DNA of 64,000 nucleotides, from positions 160,001-224,000 of the forward strand of contig CAWHCF010000008.1 of NCBI GenBank assembly GCA_963827655.1. Direction: 5' to 3'. The stretch is from an uncultured Acidobacteriota bacterium (GTDB lineage: Bacteria; Acidobacteriota; UBA6911). Position numbers and translations under genes: made by a program. The first letter of the stretch is position 1. Each line of letters begins with the position of its first letter. The notes beneath the pieces are model-generated. The model was not told where the DNA came from. It searched no databases and saw only the letters and a program-made list of their open reading frames with translations. This document shows positions 19,207 to 34,391 of the stretch, one piece after another.

Positions 19207-22200
19207 ATGAAGAATGGGTTGAAGTGCGCAAGTCTGTCTTGTCTGCTTTCGGCATTTTTGTCGCTGGCCGGACCCCCGCCCGGTTGGGCGCAGTCCACTT
19301 ATGGTGAAATCCGTGGGACTGTACAGGACGCGAGTGGTGGCATCCTGATCGGGGCCACGGTCACGGCGACGAACAAGGGGACCGGCGAGGTGCGTACGGC
19401 CCTTACCGACGAGGCAGGCAACTACTCGCTGGTCAATCTGCCAGCCGGAACGTACGAGGTCGCCATCGAGAACGGTGGATTTCGAAAGTTCGTAACTCAA
19501 AACGTGGTGGTGCGCGCGCGAGAAGTGATTCGGGTAGACGCGCGGCTTGAGGTCGGCGGGGCAGCGACCGAGGTCCTGGTGACGGAAGCGCGTCAGGTTA
19601 TCACGACCGACGCGCCGACGCTCGTTGATAGCAAGTCGGCGGAACAGCTCCTGGCTCTGCCGGTAAACTTCAGGGCCGGCACAACCAACACGGTCTTCGC
19701 GACGATCGCGCTCGCGCCGGGAGTGCAGCCAAGCCCGGGGGGATCGGAGATGTCGCTGGGCGGCAGCCTGCCATTCATGGCCACTTCCTCGATCGACGGC
19801 ATCTCGAGCAACAACATGCGAAGCAACGGGATCATCACGGAGATGTTCCCGTCAGCCGACGCGATTGATGAGATCAAGGTTTCGACGACCAGCAACAATG
19901 CCGAGTTCGCGCAGGCGGGCGACGTCACCACGACCTCCAAGAGCGGGACCAACAACCTGCACGGTGCGGTCTACTGGTACCACCAGAACGGCGCCCTGGA
20001 CGCCAAGGACTACTTCTCGACGCGCACCTCGGCGCCGTTCAAGATCTCAAACGACTTCGGCTTTGCCGTCGGCGGCCCGATCATCAGGAACAAAACCTTC
20101 TTCTTCGGCGATTTCGAAGGGCTGCGCTACCGTGCCCAGAGCCAGCTCGATATCACCGTGCCGCCCGACTCCTGGCGCACCGGCGACCTTTCGAGCCTGG
20201 GCGGCACGATCCGTGACCCGCTCACCGGCCAGCCCTTCGCCGGCAACATCATTCCGTCGAACCGGATCAGCTCGGTGTCGACCAACATTCTCGAGCAGCT
20301 TTACCCACGCCAGAACGTGCCCGGGAACTCGATCGCCTCCCCGAACCACCGGCTTCAGAAGCCAGGAGGGAATGAGAACAACGGCTTCGACATCCGGGGA
20401 GACCACGTCTTCAACACCAAGCAGACCATCTTCGCGCGCTATACCTTCAAAAACGTCACCACCACGAGCCCGATCGGACTCGTGACCCTCGGAGACGCGC
20501 GCGAGGCAACGAAGATCCGGGCGCTGACGGTCGCATACAACTACATCCTGCGCCAGAACCTGATCAACGAGTTCCGTTCCGGGTTCTCGAGCCGCCCGCG
20601 CCTGGTCGACTTCGGCCCGGACGGGCAGCCGTTCGACGGCCCCGCGCTTGTCAAGGAGCTCGGCATTCAGGGGTTACGCCCCGACCTGCCGCAAGTCGCG
20701 AGCGTCCCGGATTTCGGCATCACGGGCATCTCAGGCACCGGACGCAGCCGGGGCTTCGGCCAGCTCAGCCGGAATATCCAGTTCGCCGACAACCTGACCT
20801 GGATCAAGGGGCGCCACACCTTCAAGTTCGGTGCCGATATCCGGCGCGTCCGGTATACGGATAATGTCTCGTTCTTCTCGGGGGACGACTTGGGGGAGTA
20901 TAGATTCGACGGCCGCTTCTCGGGCCAGCCCTTCGCTGACTTCCTGCTCGGCTACCCGAACCGGACGCGGCTGGCCAACACCGGGCCGGACGTCAATCCC
21001 TCTACCTACCATCATGGATACTTCGTGCAGGACGACTGGAAGCTCGGCTCAAGCTTTACGCTGAGCTACGGCGTGCGCTACGAGTACCATCCAGCCTTCT
21101 GGGACGAGAGTCTTCAGATTGCCAACTTCGATCGCGACTTTCCGGGCGGGCGCGTCATCGTTCCCAACCAGGAATCCCTGGCCCTGACCGCCCCGGGCTT
21201 CCTCGCTTCGATCGGTAGTAGCCCGATCGTTACCGCCGAAGAGGCGGGTTGGCCCAAGACGCTGCGCTGGTCAGACAAAAACAACTTCTCTCCCAGGTTC
21301 GGCTTCGCCTGGCGCCCCTTTGCCGATAACAGAACCGTGGTGAGGGGCGGTTATGGCACCTACACGGTGACGATTGTTGGAGCCGTTTCTTACTCGCTGG
21401 TCGGGATCCACACCTCCGACACGCGCACGTTTGACAACACCCTCGTCGATGGCCGGCCCCAACTGGCCTTCCCGAATCCGTTCCTGTCGGGGCTGGGAAC
21501 GATCGGATCGATCGGGACTCAGGATTTCCGCCGCGGCAACGACCCGCGCGGCCCCGACCCGTACGCGCAACAGTGGAATCTGACCGTGGAACGCGACCTG
21601 GGCTGGAACACCGGGCTGCGTGTCACCTACACCGGGTCGCACACGATCCGGCTGTTCTCGAGCCCCGACCTGAACCAGATCGGGCCGAACACTGTGGGCT
21701 ACGCGACGGCGCGGGCGCTGAAGCCCTTTCCGAACTGGAACATCGTCTACAGCCGCGACCCGATCGGCTCGGCCAAGTATCACTCGCTGCAGATCGAGGG
21801 GCAGAAGCGTTTCTCGCAGGGTCTCTACTTTCAGTCCTCGTGGGTTTGGTCCAAGAACCTGACCGACACGGGCGGCTCGTCTAGCAGCGCATTTGCTGGA
21901 GAGGCCGGAAACGTTCCCACGAACAGGTTCGATCTTGCCATGGACTACGCGGAGGTGTCACCCGCCCGGCGTCATCGATGGCTCACGACTTTTGTTTACG
22001 AGCTGCCGTTCGGATTCGCGAGCGCCGACACGACAGCCCGGCGCGTCGCGAACGGGGTCGTGAAGGGTTGGCAGTTCTCGGGAATCCTGCTGCTGCAGAC
22101 CGGTCAGTTCCTGAGCCCCGTCACTTCCGGCGCGACTGATCCGAGCGGGACGAACGTCAGCTCTCGCGCGAGCGACCGGCCCGACTGGGCCCCCGGATAC

Positions 22201-22549
22201 ACGGGCGACGGCAACCTGTCGAGCGGCCGGAGCATTGCTGCCTGGTTCGACCGCGCATGCATTCGTGGTCCCTCCTGCGCTCGCGGGCCGCTTCGGCTAC
22301 GTCGGGCCGGGCCTTCTCGTGGGCCCGGGAACACAGGTTTTCTCGGCCAAGCTGCAGAAGAGGTTTCAGCTATACGAGCAGACGTATTTCCAGATCGAGG
22401 GCTCGGCGGCGAACCTCTTCAATCACCCAAACTTCGGCAATCCGGCGACCAACATCTCGGCGACGAATTTCGGACGCATCACCTCGACCCAGACGGTCGA
22501 AGGGGCCGGAGCGCGTCAGCTCCAGGTCGGCTTGAGGATTGTCTTCTAG
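19207..22549 (+). CDS. Oar-like TonB-dependent receptor with N-terminal carboxypeptidase-regulatory-like domain (frameshift near 22257)
   Basis: Signal peptide, GTVQDASG, SGTNNLHG, YFVQDDWK, FSPRFGFAW. The expected end NLFNHPNF..ARQLQVGLRIVF lies in another frame (ORF 22235-22549). Confidence 0.88.
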
Positions 22550-22622
22550 CGGCTTGTTGGCAGGAATCGGCCACCAGTAACCGGCTCACGTGACTGTCAC
22601 CGATCTTTGCCGCTCGTCCTTT

Positions 22623-24101
22623 TCAGGCGAGGTCCCGCTTGGCTTCGGCGGCCTGGATCAGAGTCTCGCTGGCCAGTTTGGGGCCACGGTATCGATGGCG
22701 TTCCGAGGCCCAGAACCATAGGCCGAGGCCCGCGGTCATGCCGGCGATAGTTTTTCCCGATAACTCATTGGGCGGCATCACGAGAATGGCGCAAATGAAG
22801 ATGGTCCACGCGATCGCGACCGCGTTGATCCAGTGAGAGTGCACTCCCAGATGCCAACCCGAAAAGGCCTGCCAGAGTGCGCTCCCGCGCTTCAGGAACT
22901 TCAGCATCACCGGAATTCCGTAAGAGAAGTAGAGCGCAATCGTGCTGATCGACGTGACGACCGAGTAGGCGCCGCTCCAGACCAGGGCCAGGAATGCGGT
23001 AGCAATCGAAAGCCAGATCGCTGGCGCCGGTGTGAGGTGTTTGGGACTGACGCGCTGCCAGAGCGCCGAAATGGGCAATCCCGCGTCGCGCGCGAACGCG
23101 TAGATCATCCGTGAGTTCGACGTTACAGCCGAGAGGCCGCAGAACCACATTGCCGCCGCGGTTAGCGCTGACATCAAGCTTCCCGCCAGGTTTCCCAGGC
23201 TCTGCTGCAGGATTGCGACCACGGCCGGAATGTGATTTCCCTGCGCATCGGTGGAATTCAGAACCGCTGGAACACTGGGAATTGAGAGCGTGAGCGCGAA
23301 TAGCAGGAAGTAGCCTGCGACTGCGGAGACGACCACGGACATCACCATCCCCCATGGCACACTGCGTCGCGGGTCTACGGTTTCTTCCGAGACGTGCGCT
23401 GAAGCCTCGTATCCGGTGAAGGTCCATTGCGCCTGAAGCAGTCCAAGGATGAATGCCCACCAGTATGGCTTACCGCTTTCGGTAGAGGTCTGGACGAAAA
23501 ACGACAGGGGCTGCTTGGGCGCGAACAGCAGGAGCGCGGCAACGATAGCCAGTACTCCTGCAATGTGAACTCCAACGCTGAGATCGTTAAGCCAGGCCAC
23601 AAGTCGAATGCCGAAGTGATTGATCAGCCCGTGCGAGATCAGGATAACCGCATAGACCGCAAGGATGCTTCGCGTACTGGACGGGAGACCTAACAGTGGA
23701 GTCAGGAATTGAGCACATCCGTAATCAATTCCTGCAATGGCCGAGGTGAGACCGATAATGTTGAACCAGGCGGTAAACCAACCCCATGAGCGCCCTCCAA
23801 GAATGGCAGCCCAATGATAATTCCCGCCCGAGGTCGGATATGCAGCGGCCAGTTCACCCATGCTGAGCGCCACCATCAGAGTGAACATGAAAACGAGAGG
23901 CCACCCGAATGCCATTTCCGCCGGTCCGCCCATCGCCAAACCGTAGTCAAAGAGCGTGACCGCGCCGGTCAGGATCGAAATGATAGAAAAGGAAATGGCG
24001 AAGTTCGAGAAGCCGCCCATCGTGCGGAAAAGCTCTTGAGCGTATCCGAGACTCCTGAGATCAGCGACGTCTTGCTCCGATTGTGAGGGTCGATCTATCA
24101 T
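22623..24101 (-). CDS. APC-superfamily amino acid/polyamine permease
   Basis: LGYAQEL..FSNFAISFS, YPTSGG, GYEASAHVSEET, SRMIYAFARD; start approximate. Confidence 0.9.
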   Translation of the reverse strand: MIDRPSQSEQDVADLRSLGYAQELFRTMGGFSNFAISFSIISILTGAVTLFDYGLAMGGPAEMAFGWPLVFMFTLMVALSMGELAAAYPTSGGNYHWAAILGGRSWGWFTAWFNIIGLTSAIAGIDYGCAQFLTPLLGLPSSTRSILAVYAVILISHGLINHFGIRLVAWLNDLSVGVHIAGVLAIVAALLLFAPKQPLSFFVQTSTESGKPYWWAFILGLLQAQWTFTGYEASAHVSEETVDPRRSVPWGMVMSVVVSAVAGYFLLFALTLSIPSVPAVLNSTDAQGNHIPAVVAILQQSLGNLAGSLMSALTAAAMWFCGLSAVTSNSRMIYAFARDAGLPISALWQRVSPKHLTPAPAIWLSIATAFLALVWSGAYSVVTSISTIALYFSYGIPVMLKFLKRGSALWQAFSGWHLGVHSHWINAVAIAWTIFICAILVMPPNELSGKTIAGMTAGLGLWFWASERHRYRGPKLASETLIQAAEAKRDLA

Positions 24102-24181
24102 GCGCCTGATTATCTGATTCTCGTGGGTTGATCCTGCTGTGCAGCTATTCATCACAAAGGACGAGCGAGAGGGACTGCGCG

Positions 24182-25546
24182 TTAGATGATCTCGAAGTAT
24201 CGTTCGAGCTCCCAGTCGGTAACTGCGGCCAGAGATTGTCTTGCCTCCCACTCGCGGGTGGCTACATAATGGGCGACAAATTCCTCGCCCAGGATTTCCC
24301 GCAAACGCACACTGTCTTTTAACTTCGTTGTTGCCTCGATCAGGGAGCGAGGGAGTGGGCGGGCCACAGCATCGGGCTCTGTGTAAGCATTCTGTTTGCA
24401 GGGTCCTGAAGGGACGAGTTTCTTTTGGATGCCGTAAAGGCCGGATGCCAGACTGGCGGCCATCGCGATGTAGGGGTTAAGGTCGGCGCCGGCCAACCGA
24501 TATTCGACCCGGGTTGATTTTGGTGATGGGCCTGCGATGGCGCGCAAGGCAGTGGTCCGGTTCTCTAATCCCCAGCTCACATTTGTGGGCGCCCAGGTAT
24601 TAGGGACAAGTCGCTTGTAAGAATTCACGGTAGGACAAATCAACGCCGTGATTTCTGGCATCAGCTCGAGCTGGCCGGCCATATAGTTCTTCATCAAGGA
24701 AGACATCCCGTCAGGGTTTCGGGCATCGGAAAAGAGATTCTTTCTCAACTTCGGATCCCAGAGGCTCTGGTGAAGGTGTCCACCGCAGCCCGGAAGATGC
24801 TGGTTCCACTTAGCCATGAACGTGGCAATCAGTCCCTGCCGGGAAACGAACTGCTTCACGGCATTCTTGAAAAGCGCGGATTTATCGGCCGCCGCGAGCG
24901 CGGTGTCGTAGCGAATCGCGGCCTCGTATACGCCCGGCCCTGTTTCAGTGTGAAATCCTTCGAGCGGGATTCCAAAGTCACGAAGGCTGTCCATGAGTGA
25001 ATTGGCGAGTTCGGCGTGAGTACCGGTGCGGCTGACACTGTAGCCGAACATGCCGGGAGAGAGAGGAATCATGTTCTTGTATTCCTTAGCCCTCACCGAG
25101 TGAGAGTCTTCCTTGAAGATAAAGAACTCGTATTCGGTAGACATCATCGGTTCGAACCCCATCGCTCGCGCCCGGCCGACGATCTTCTTCAGGAGTTGGC
25201 GGGGTGATACTTCGAGAGGCTGGTTTTGGATTGAGGCGAAGTCGAGGAGGAAAAAAGCGACCCCGGGTTCCCAGGGAATTAGTCGGAAAGTATCGAGATC
25301 GATGCGAGCGAGGGCGTCCGGGTAACCGGTGTGCCAGCCGGTGAGCTGGACGTTGTCGTAAAGTACATCATTCGAATCCCATCCGAAAACAACGTCACAA
25401 AACCCCAGGCCTGATTCCACAGCCGGCCAGAATTTTTCCAGAGCAATGTACTTTCCGCGCAGTACGCCGTCGACGTCGAACCCTCCGATCTTGACCTTGT
25501 TGATTCGGTGTTTCGCAAAAGCCTTGCGAAGGTCCCCTTGATTCAT
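24182..25546 (-). CDS. Glutamine synthetase-like gamma-glutamyl ligase (PuuA-like)
   Basis: GVLRGK, EYEFF, HTETGPGVYE, GHLHQSL, NSYKRL, WGLENRT, VEYRL; co-oriented with the permease. Confidence 0.85.
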   Translation of the reverse strand: MNQGDLRKAFAKHRINKVKIGGFDVDGVLRGKYIALEKFWPAVESGLGFCDVVFGWDSNDVLYDNVQLTGWHTGYPDALARIDLDTFRLIPWEPGVAFFLLDFASIQNQPLEVSPRQLLKKIVGRARAMGFEPMMSTEYEFFIFKEDSHSVRAKEYKNMIPLSPGMFGYSVSRTGTHAELANSLMDSLRDFGIPLEGFHTETGPGVYEAAIRYDTALAAADKSALFKNAVKQFVSRQGLIATFMAKWNQHLPGCGGHLHQSLWDPKLRKNLFSDARNPDGMSSLMKNYMAGQLELMPEITALICPTVNSYKRLVPNTWAPTNVSWGLENRTTALRAIAGPSPKSTRVEYRLAGADLNPYIAMAASLASGLYGIQKKLVPSGPCKQNAYTEPDAVARPLPRSLIEATTKLKDSVRLREILGEEFVAHYVATREWEARQSLAAVTDWELERYFEII

Positions 25547-25753
25547 TGTTTTCCCTCGTAGCTCTACTTATTGACGCTAAAGTTTTGACTTGCCAATTGC
25601 TCGCTTGGGGCAGCGCAGTCTGGCTTGGAAAACCGTTGTGAAAGGGCAGCTTACAGTGGACTTGTGGCGACGGTCAAGAGGCCTGGAGCGAAGGTTTCCA
25701 TGCATGTTTCTTGACGTTTTCGCGTCTCGGTGGTTAATTTTTTGCGAAAAGAC

Positions 25754-25782
25754 TTGCCAAGAGACCTACCGAGAGCTATTAT
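25754..25782 (+). promoter_or_regulatory. rrn promoter P1 (sigma70)
   Basis: TTGCCA-N17-TATTAT upstream of 16S. Confidence 0.7.
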
Positions 25783-25825
25783 TCGCTCCCTTGTCGGCGT
25801 ACCGATAAAAGCCTGATTCGGTGTA

Positions 25826-25855
25826 TTGACAAAGCAGTCACCGAGTACTTAGGAT
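25826..25855 (+). promoter_or_regulatory. rrn promoter P2 (sigma70)
   Basis: TTGACA-N18-TAGGAT. Confidence 0.6.
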
Positions 25856-25866
25856 TATCGGTTGCC

Positions 25867-25880
25867 TGATCTTTGAAAAC
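25867..25880 (+). promoter_or_regulatory. rrn leader boxA antitermination site
   Basis: TGATCTTTGAAAAC; a second copy GATCTTTGACAA lies in the spacer at 27995-28006. Confidence 0.75.
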
Positions 25881-25969
25881 TAGATAGAGCGTGCCAAGAA
25901 TCATTCCTTAAGAAAATCCGAAAACCAGTGAAAAAACCCTAAATCTAAGGATTTAGGGCCTCTTCGATC

Positions 25970-27517
<1,548 letters not shown>

Positions 27518-27728
27518 TTGGGTTCCGCGGTACCCGAAAGGGGAAAGTGGAATCCGAGGTGATTCTGGCGCGCCTATCTAGTTTCCAGGGATTCAGGCAT
27601 CCGCAGCCCAATCACTGCGGTTTGTTCCTGGTTGAGGGAAACCCACCAGGATAGATCTGGGGAGCTTGGGCCCCGCGAAGGATGAGAAGCGGTGAAGGCC
27701 GAGGAGGCGCGGAAAGGCGACTTCGGAT

Positions 27729-27805
27729 GGGCCTATAGCTCAGTTGGCTAGAGCGCACCCCTGATAAGGGTGAGGTCGGTAGTTCAACTCTACCTAGGCC
27801 CACCA
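27729..27805 (+). tRNA. tRNA-Ile(GAT)
   Basis: GGGCCTATAGCTCAG..CTGATAA..TAGGCCCACCA cloverleaf in the ITS. Confidence 0.98.
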
Positions 27806-27850
27806 TAAACCCAAGCTGGAAGAGCCGGGCGGGAAGGCAGAATCAGCGAC

Positions 27851-27926
27851 GGGGGTATAGCTCAGCTGGAAGAGCACCTGCTTTGCAAGCAGGGGGTCAG
27901 CGGTTCGAATCCGCTTACCTCCACCA
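27851..27926 (+). tRNA. tRNA-Ala(TGC)
   Basis: GGGGGTATAGCTCAG..TTTGCAA..GGTTCGAATCC..TACCTCCACCA. Confidence 0.98.
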
Positions 27927-28092
27927 TTGTTGGATGTACTCGAAATCAAGGGCTCACGACGCTGAGTTCTTGATTTCCGGTATGATCCGGAAACGATCTT
28001 TGACAATCAGGCAAAAGAGACGGGTAAAAAGAGGCCGTAAGATTGAATTTTCCGGTAATCCCTACAGGGATTGCAGGTAGAGTAAATTTTAT

Positions 28093-31120
<3,028 letters not shown>

Positions 31121-31231
31121 ATAAAATTTACCCTGCTTGGAATCCCGAGCGAGATCAGAGCCTCTGGGCAACCTGCTCTCTTGCCTGATTCGTAAGGCTG
31201 CTGGTTCTCAACCGGATTCTTAGAACGACTT

Positions 31232-31347
<116 letters not shown>

Positions 31348-31358
31348 TTTGCTTCAAC

Positions 31359-31393
31359 AAAAAGCCTCAGGGGCAACGCCCCTGAGGCTTTTT
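31359..31393. terminator. Bidirectional intrinsic terminator after rrn
   Basis: AAAAAGCCTCAGGGGC-AAC-GCCCCTGAGGCTTTTT. Confidence 0.92.
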
Positions 31394-31570
31394 AGTTTCT
31401 ACGCGATTCTTTTATCCCCCTCGCCGGTCGCGACCTATCGGAATACGGCTTTCAAACGCATGTCTTCTCAGACCATCGCGTAACTCGGCAATCCGCCTCA
31501 AGTTCGAGTATCGAGGGCGAGATTGAACGGTCCCGAATTGCCGGCAGACGGAAGCGAGTTGATGATTCGG

Positions 31571-32863
31571 CTATCCCGTGGGGCTGACTTGTCTCGTGGG
31601 GTCGATAACCAGCCAGAGCATCGCTCCGACTGCATAAATCCCCGCGGAGATATAGAACGGGATTTCCCAGGAGTTTCCGCCCTGCTCTATCACGACGCCC
31701 ACGACCAGAGGACCCAAAACTCCCCCCAGGTTCCCGAAGGTGTTCATTAAACCCGTAATCACGCCGGCGTAGTTCTTACCCACGTCGACGCAGACTGCCC
31801 AACAGGCGCTGAGGGCAAGATCTGCCGAGGCGAGGGCGATGGCAAGCCAGATGGCCTTTGCGAGCCTGTGGTGCGCCTGGGTCGAAGCAACAAGCATTGC
31901 GGCTGAACCCGAGAAAGCCACGCAGCCCAGCCAGCACCGCGCCACCTTTAACCTGTAGGAGCGAGCGAGCCGATCGGTCAGCCACCCACCCGCCATATCT
32001 GCGAATCCGGCCAGAAGAAACGGAAGACCCGCCAGAACACCTCCGGCCCAGCCACCAAATCCCAGAGCCTTCGTCAGGTAAGTAGGGAGCCAGGTGAAAT
32101 AAAAATAGAGCCCATAGCCAAAGGTAAAGTACATCCCGCAGATGGCGTAGATGTTGCTGTTGACAAGGATCTGTTTCCACGGCACACCCGCTCGAGTTTG
32201 AGGCGTCGCCGGTGCGGAGCTCTCGTTCTGGCGAATCCAGGCCAGTTCCTCGGGGCCAACCCCGGGATGGGCCGAGGGCTCATCCCGGTACCACTGGAAC
32301 CACGCAAGCGCCCAAAGGATCCCGATCGACCCGAAGACAACGAAGCTCGTTCTCCATCCCCACCACTGGATGAAGAGCAGAGCAATTCCGGGGGCCAGAG
32401 CACCTCCCAAGCGAGATCCGAGAAAGAGCACACCATTGGCCCGCCCTCTTTCGACCGCAGGAAACCAACGGGAAAAGCTGCGGGAAATATTGGGAAAGGC
32501 TCCGGCCTCACCCGCTCCGAAGAGGAATCGCGTTATCAGCAATGAAGAGTAGTTCCAGGCGACGCCCGTTAGCATCGTAAAGGCCGACCACCACGCCACA
32601 ATCCTGGTCAAGACGCGACGAGGCCCCCACACATCGCCCATCCAGCCGGTTGGTACTTCAAATATCGAATAAGCGAGCGTAAATGCGCTGAACACGAAGC
32701 TCATCTGAAGCATCGAAAGACCGAGGTCGGTCATCATGAATGGAGCCGCCGCCGAAATACAAATACGATCCAGATATGTGATCAGAGCGAGGGTGAACGC
32801 GAAGGAGAGCAGAGTGTTGCGAGCCTTTGATTTGGTTGGTCGACGAACCGTTTGGGATTCCAA
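31571..32863 (-). CDS. MFS transporter (ACS/sugar-acid type)
   Basis: YLDRICIS, GWMGDVWGPR, RFLFGAGEAG, WFPAVERG, GLMNTFGNLGG. Confidence 0.9.
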   Translation of the reverse strand: MESQTVRRPTKSKARNTLLSFAFTLALITYLDRICISAAAPFMMTDLGLSMLQMSFVFSAFTLAYSIFEVPTGWMGDVWGPRRVLTRIVAWWSAFTMLTGVAWNYSSLLITRFLFGAGEAGAFPNISRSFSRWFPAVERGRANGVLFLGSRLGGALAPGIALLFIQWWGWRTSFVVFGSIGILWALAWFQWYRDEPSAHPGVGPEELAWIRQNESSAPATPQTRAGVPWKQILVNSNIYAICGMYFTFGYGLYFYFTWLPTYLTKALGFGGWAGGVLAGLPFLLAGFADMAGGWLTDRLARSYRLKVARCWLGCVAFSGSAAMLVASTQAHHRLAKAIWLAIALASADLALSACWAVCVDVGKNYAGVITGLMNTFGNLGGVLGPLVVGVVIEQGGNSWEIPFYISAGIYAVGAMLWLVIDPTRQVSPTG

Positions 32864-32886
32864 GGTTTCTCCGGGACCGGCCTGCC

Positions 32887-33840
32887 TCAGCTGCAGCGCA
32901 AGAGGATTTTAAGAGCGCCAGGTCGTGCTGCGTGTGCCGCAGCCTCGACGCCGTCAGCCAAAGAATAGACTTGGTCGATAAGTGGAGCCACCCGGATGGC
33001 CTTGGATGAGAGCGCCCGCAGGGCGGGGGAAAATAAACCACATCGCGAGCCAACTACGTAGATCTCATTTACAACCAGAGTAGCGAGCGAAATCGTGTGT
33101 GGCTCGGCGACCGTGCTCTTAAGGACCAGCGTGCCGCGCGGCCGCACTAGGCTCAGTGCCATGGCTAAGCCTGCCGTAGAACCGGTCGCCTCGATCACGA
33201 CGTCTGCCCTTGATTGTTGCCATTGGTCAAGCAAACTACCAGGGATCCCTAGTTGCCGCGCGATCGTCAGTTTCTTGAGATGTCTTCCCACGAGGGTTAC
33301 TTGAGCGCCCGAAGCGTGCAGAACCTGGGCGCAAAGAAGACCCAGCTTTCCGTCGCCAAGAACTAACACCTTGTCACTGGGCTTGATTTGAACCTGCTCA
33401 AGGATTTCGAAGGCGGCTGCCAAGGGTTCGGTAAAAACGGCCGATTCATCGTCCAGTCCGTCGGGTACCAGGTGCAAGTTGCTTGAAGGGACGGCGACGT
33501 ATTCGGCAAACGTGCCGTCCGCTCCCAGGATCCCCATTACACGCCGGTCAGCGCAGTGGCGCGCCAGACCTTGAAAACAATAAGAACAATGTCCGCAAGC
33601 GAAATTGATCTCGCCTACCACGCGTTTTCCCAACAACCCACCTGGTCCTTCGCAAACTTCTCCCACAAATTCATGGCCCGGAACACCTCGGAAACCCATG
33701 TAACCCTTCAGTATTTGAAGGTCCGTCGAACAGATTCCCGCCAGGCGAACCCGCACCAGTGCCATCGACTCGATAAGCTTGGGTCGCGCATAGTCCGCTT
33801 CAAGTTTCAGAACCTGGCCATTCCAGTGTAGCGCCCGCAT
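32887..33840 (-). CDS. Zinc-dependent alcohol dehydrogenase (MDR)
   Basis: GICSTD, GHEFVG, CGHCSYC..HC, GDGKLG. Confidence 0.92.
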   Translation of the reverse strand: MRALHWNGQVLKLEADYARPKLIESMALVRVRLAGICSTDLQILKGYMGFRGVPGHEFVGEVCEGPGGLLGKRVVGEINFACGHCSYCFQGLARHCADRRVMGILGADGTFAEYVAVPSSNLHLVPDGLDDESAVFTEPLAAAFEILEQVQIKPSDKVLVLGDGKLGLLCAQVLHASGAQVTLVGRHLKKLTIARQLGIPGSLLDQWQQSRADVVIEATGSTAGLAMALSLVRPRGTLVLKSTVAEPHTISLATLVVNEIYVVGSRCGLFSPALRALSSKAIRVAPLIDQVYSLADGVEAAAHAARPGALKILLRCS

Positions 33841-33847
33841 AAAACGA

Positions 33848-34384
33848 CTAATCTAGTGACGCAGCACGCCTGTTCCAAGCCTGACGGTTGCGGTCGAGGT
33901 ATAGACGAAGGACATGGATTCCGTCTGGAGTAAATGGTTCAGTCTCCGATCGCTCGAGGATGTGCTCGATCTCGAGAAAATCGCCGCTTTCAATTTCTTC
34001 CCGCTGCAGAATGATTTCCCCATCATGCGTGCATGAATAGGCGCGTCCCCAAACCGGCGCCCTTCCATCCGAAAAATAGAAATCGAACAACGTGTTGAGC
34101 CTTACCCCAGTTATACCGAGCTCTTCTTCGAGTTCACGCCGGGCGCCCTCGTCATAGCTCTCTCCTGCCAGAACCACTCCCCCGACCGCCGGATCGCAGC
34201 ACCCGGGATAGATGTCTTTGCTGGCCGAGCGCTTGTGCAGGAAGAGTTGATTGGCAGAGTTGAAAACCAGGATATAAGTGCTGCGGTGAATCAGTTTTTT
34301 TGCCCGCACCTCGCGGCGAGTAGCGGCCCCAACCACCTGGTTGTGCTCGTCAACGATGACTGCGCTCTCGTCGGCCGCGTTCAT
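33848..34384 (-). CDS. NUDIX hydrolase (YfcD/IDI-like)
   Basis: NUDIX box GGVVLAGESYDEGARRELEEELG. Confidence 0.9.
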   Translation of the reverse strand: MNAADESAVIVDEHNQVVGAATRREVRAKKLIHRSTYILVFNSANQLFLHKRSASKDIYPGCCDPAVGGVVLAGESYDEGARRELEEELGITGVRLNTLFDFYFSDGRAPVWGRAYSCTHDGEIILQREEIESGDFLEIEHILERSETEPFTPDGIHVLRLYLDRNRQAWNRRAASLD

Positions 34385-34391
34385 CCCCTGT

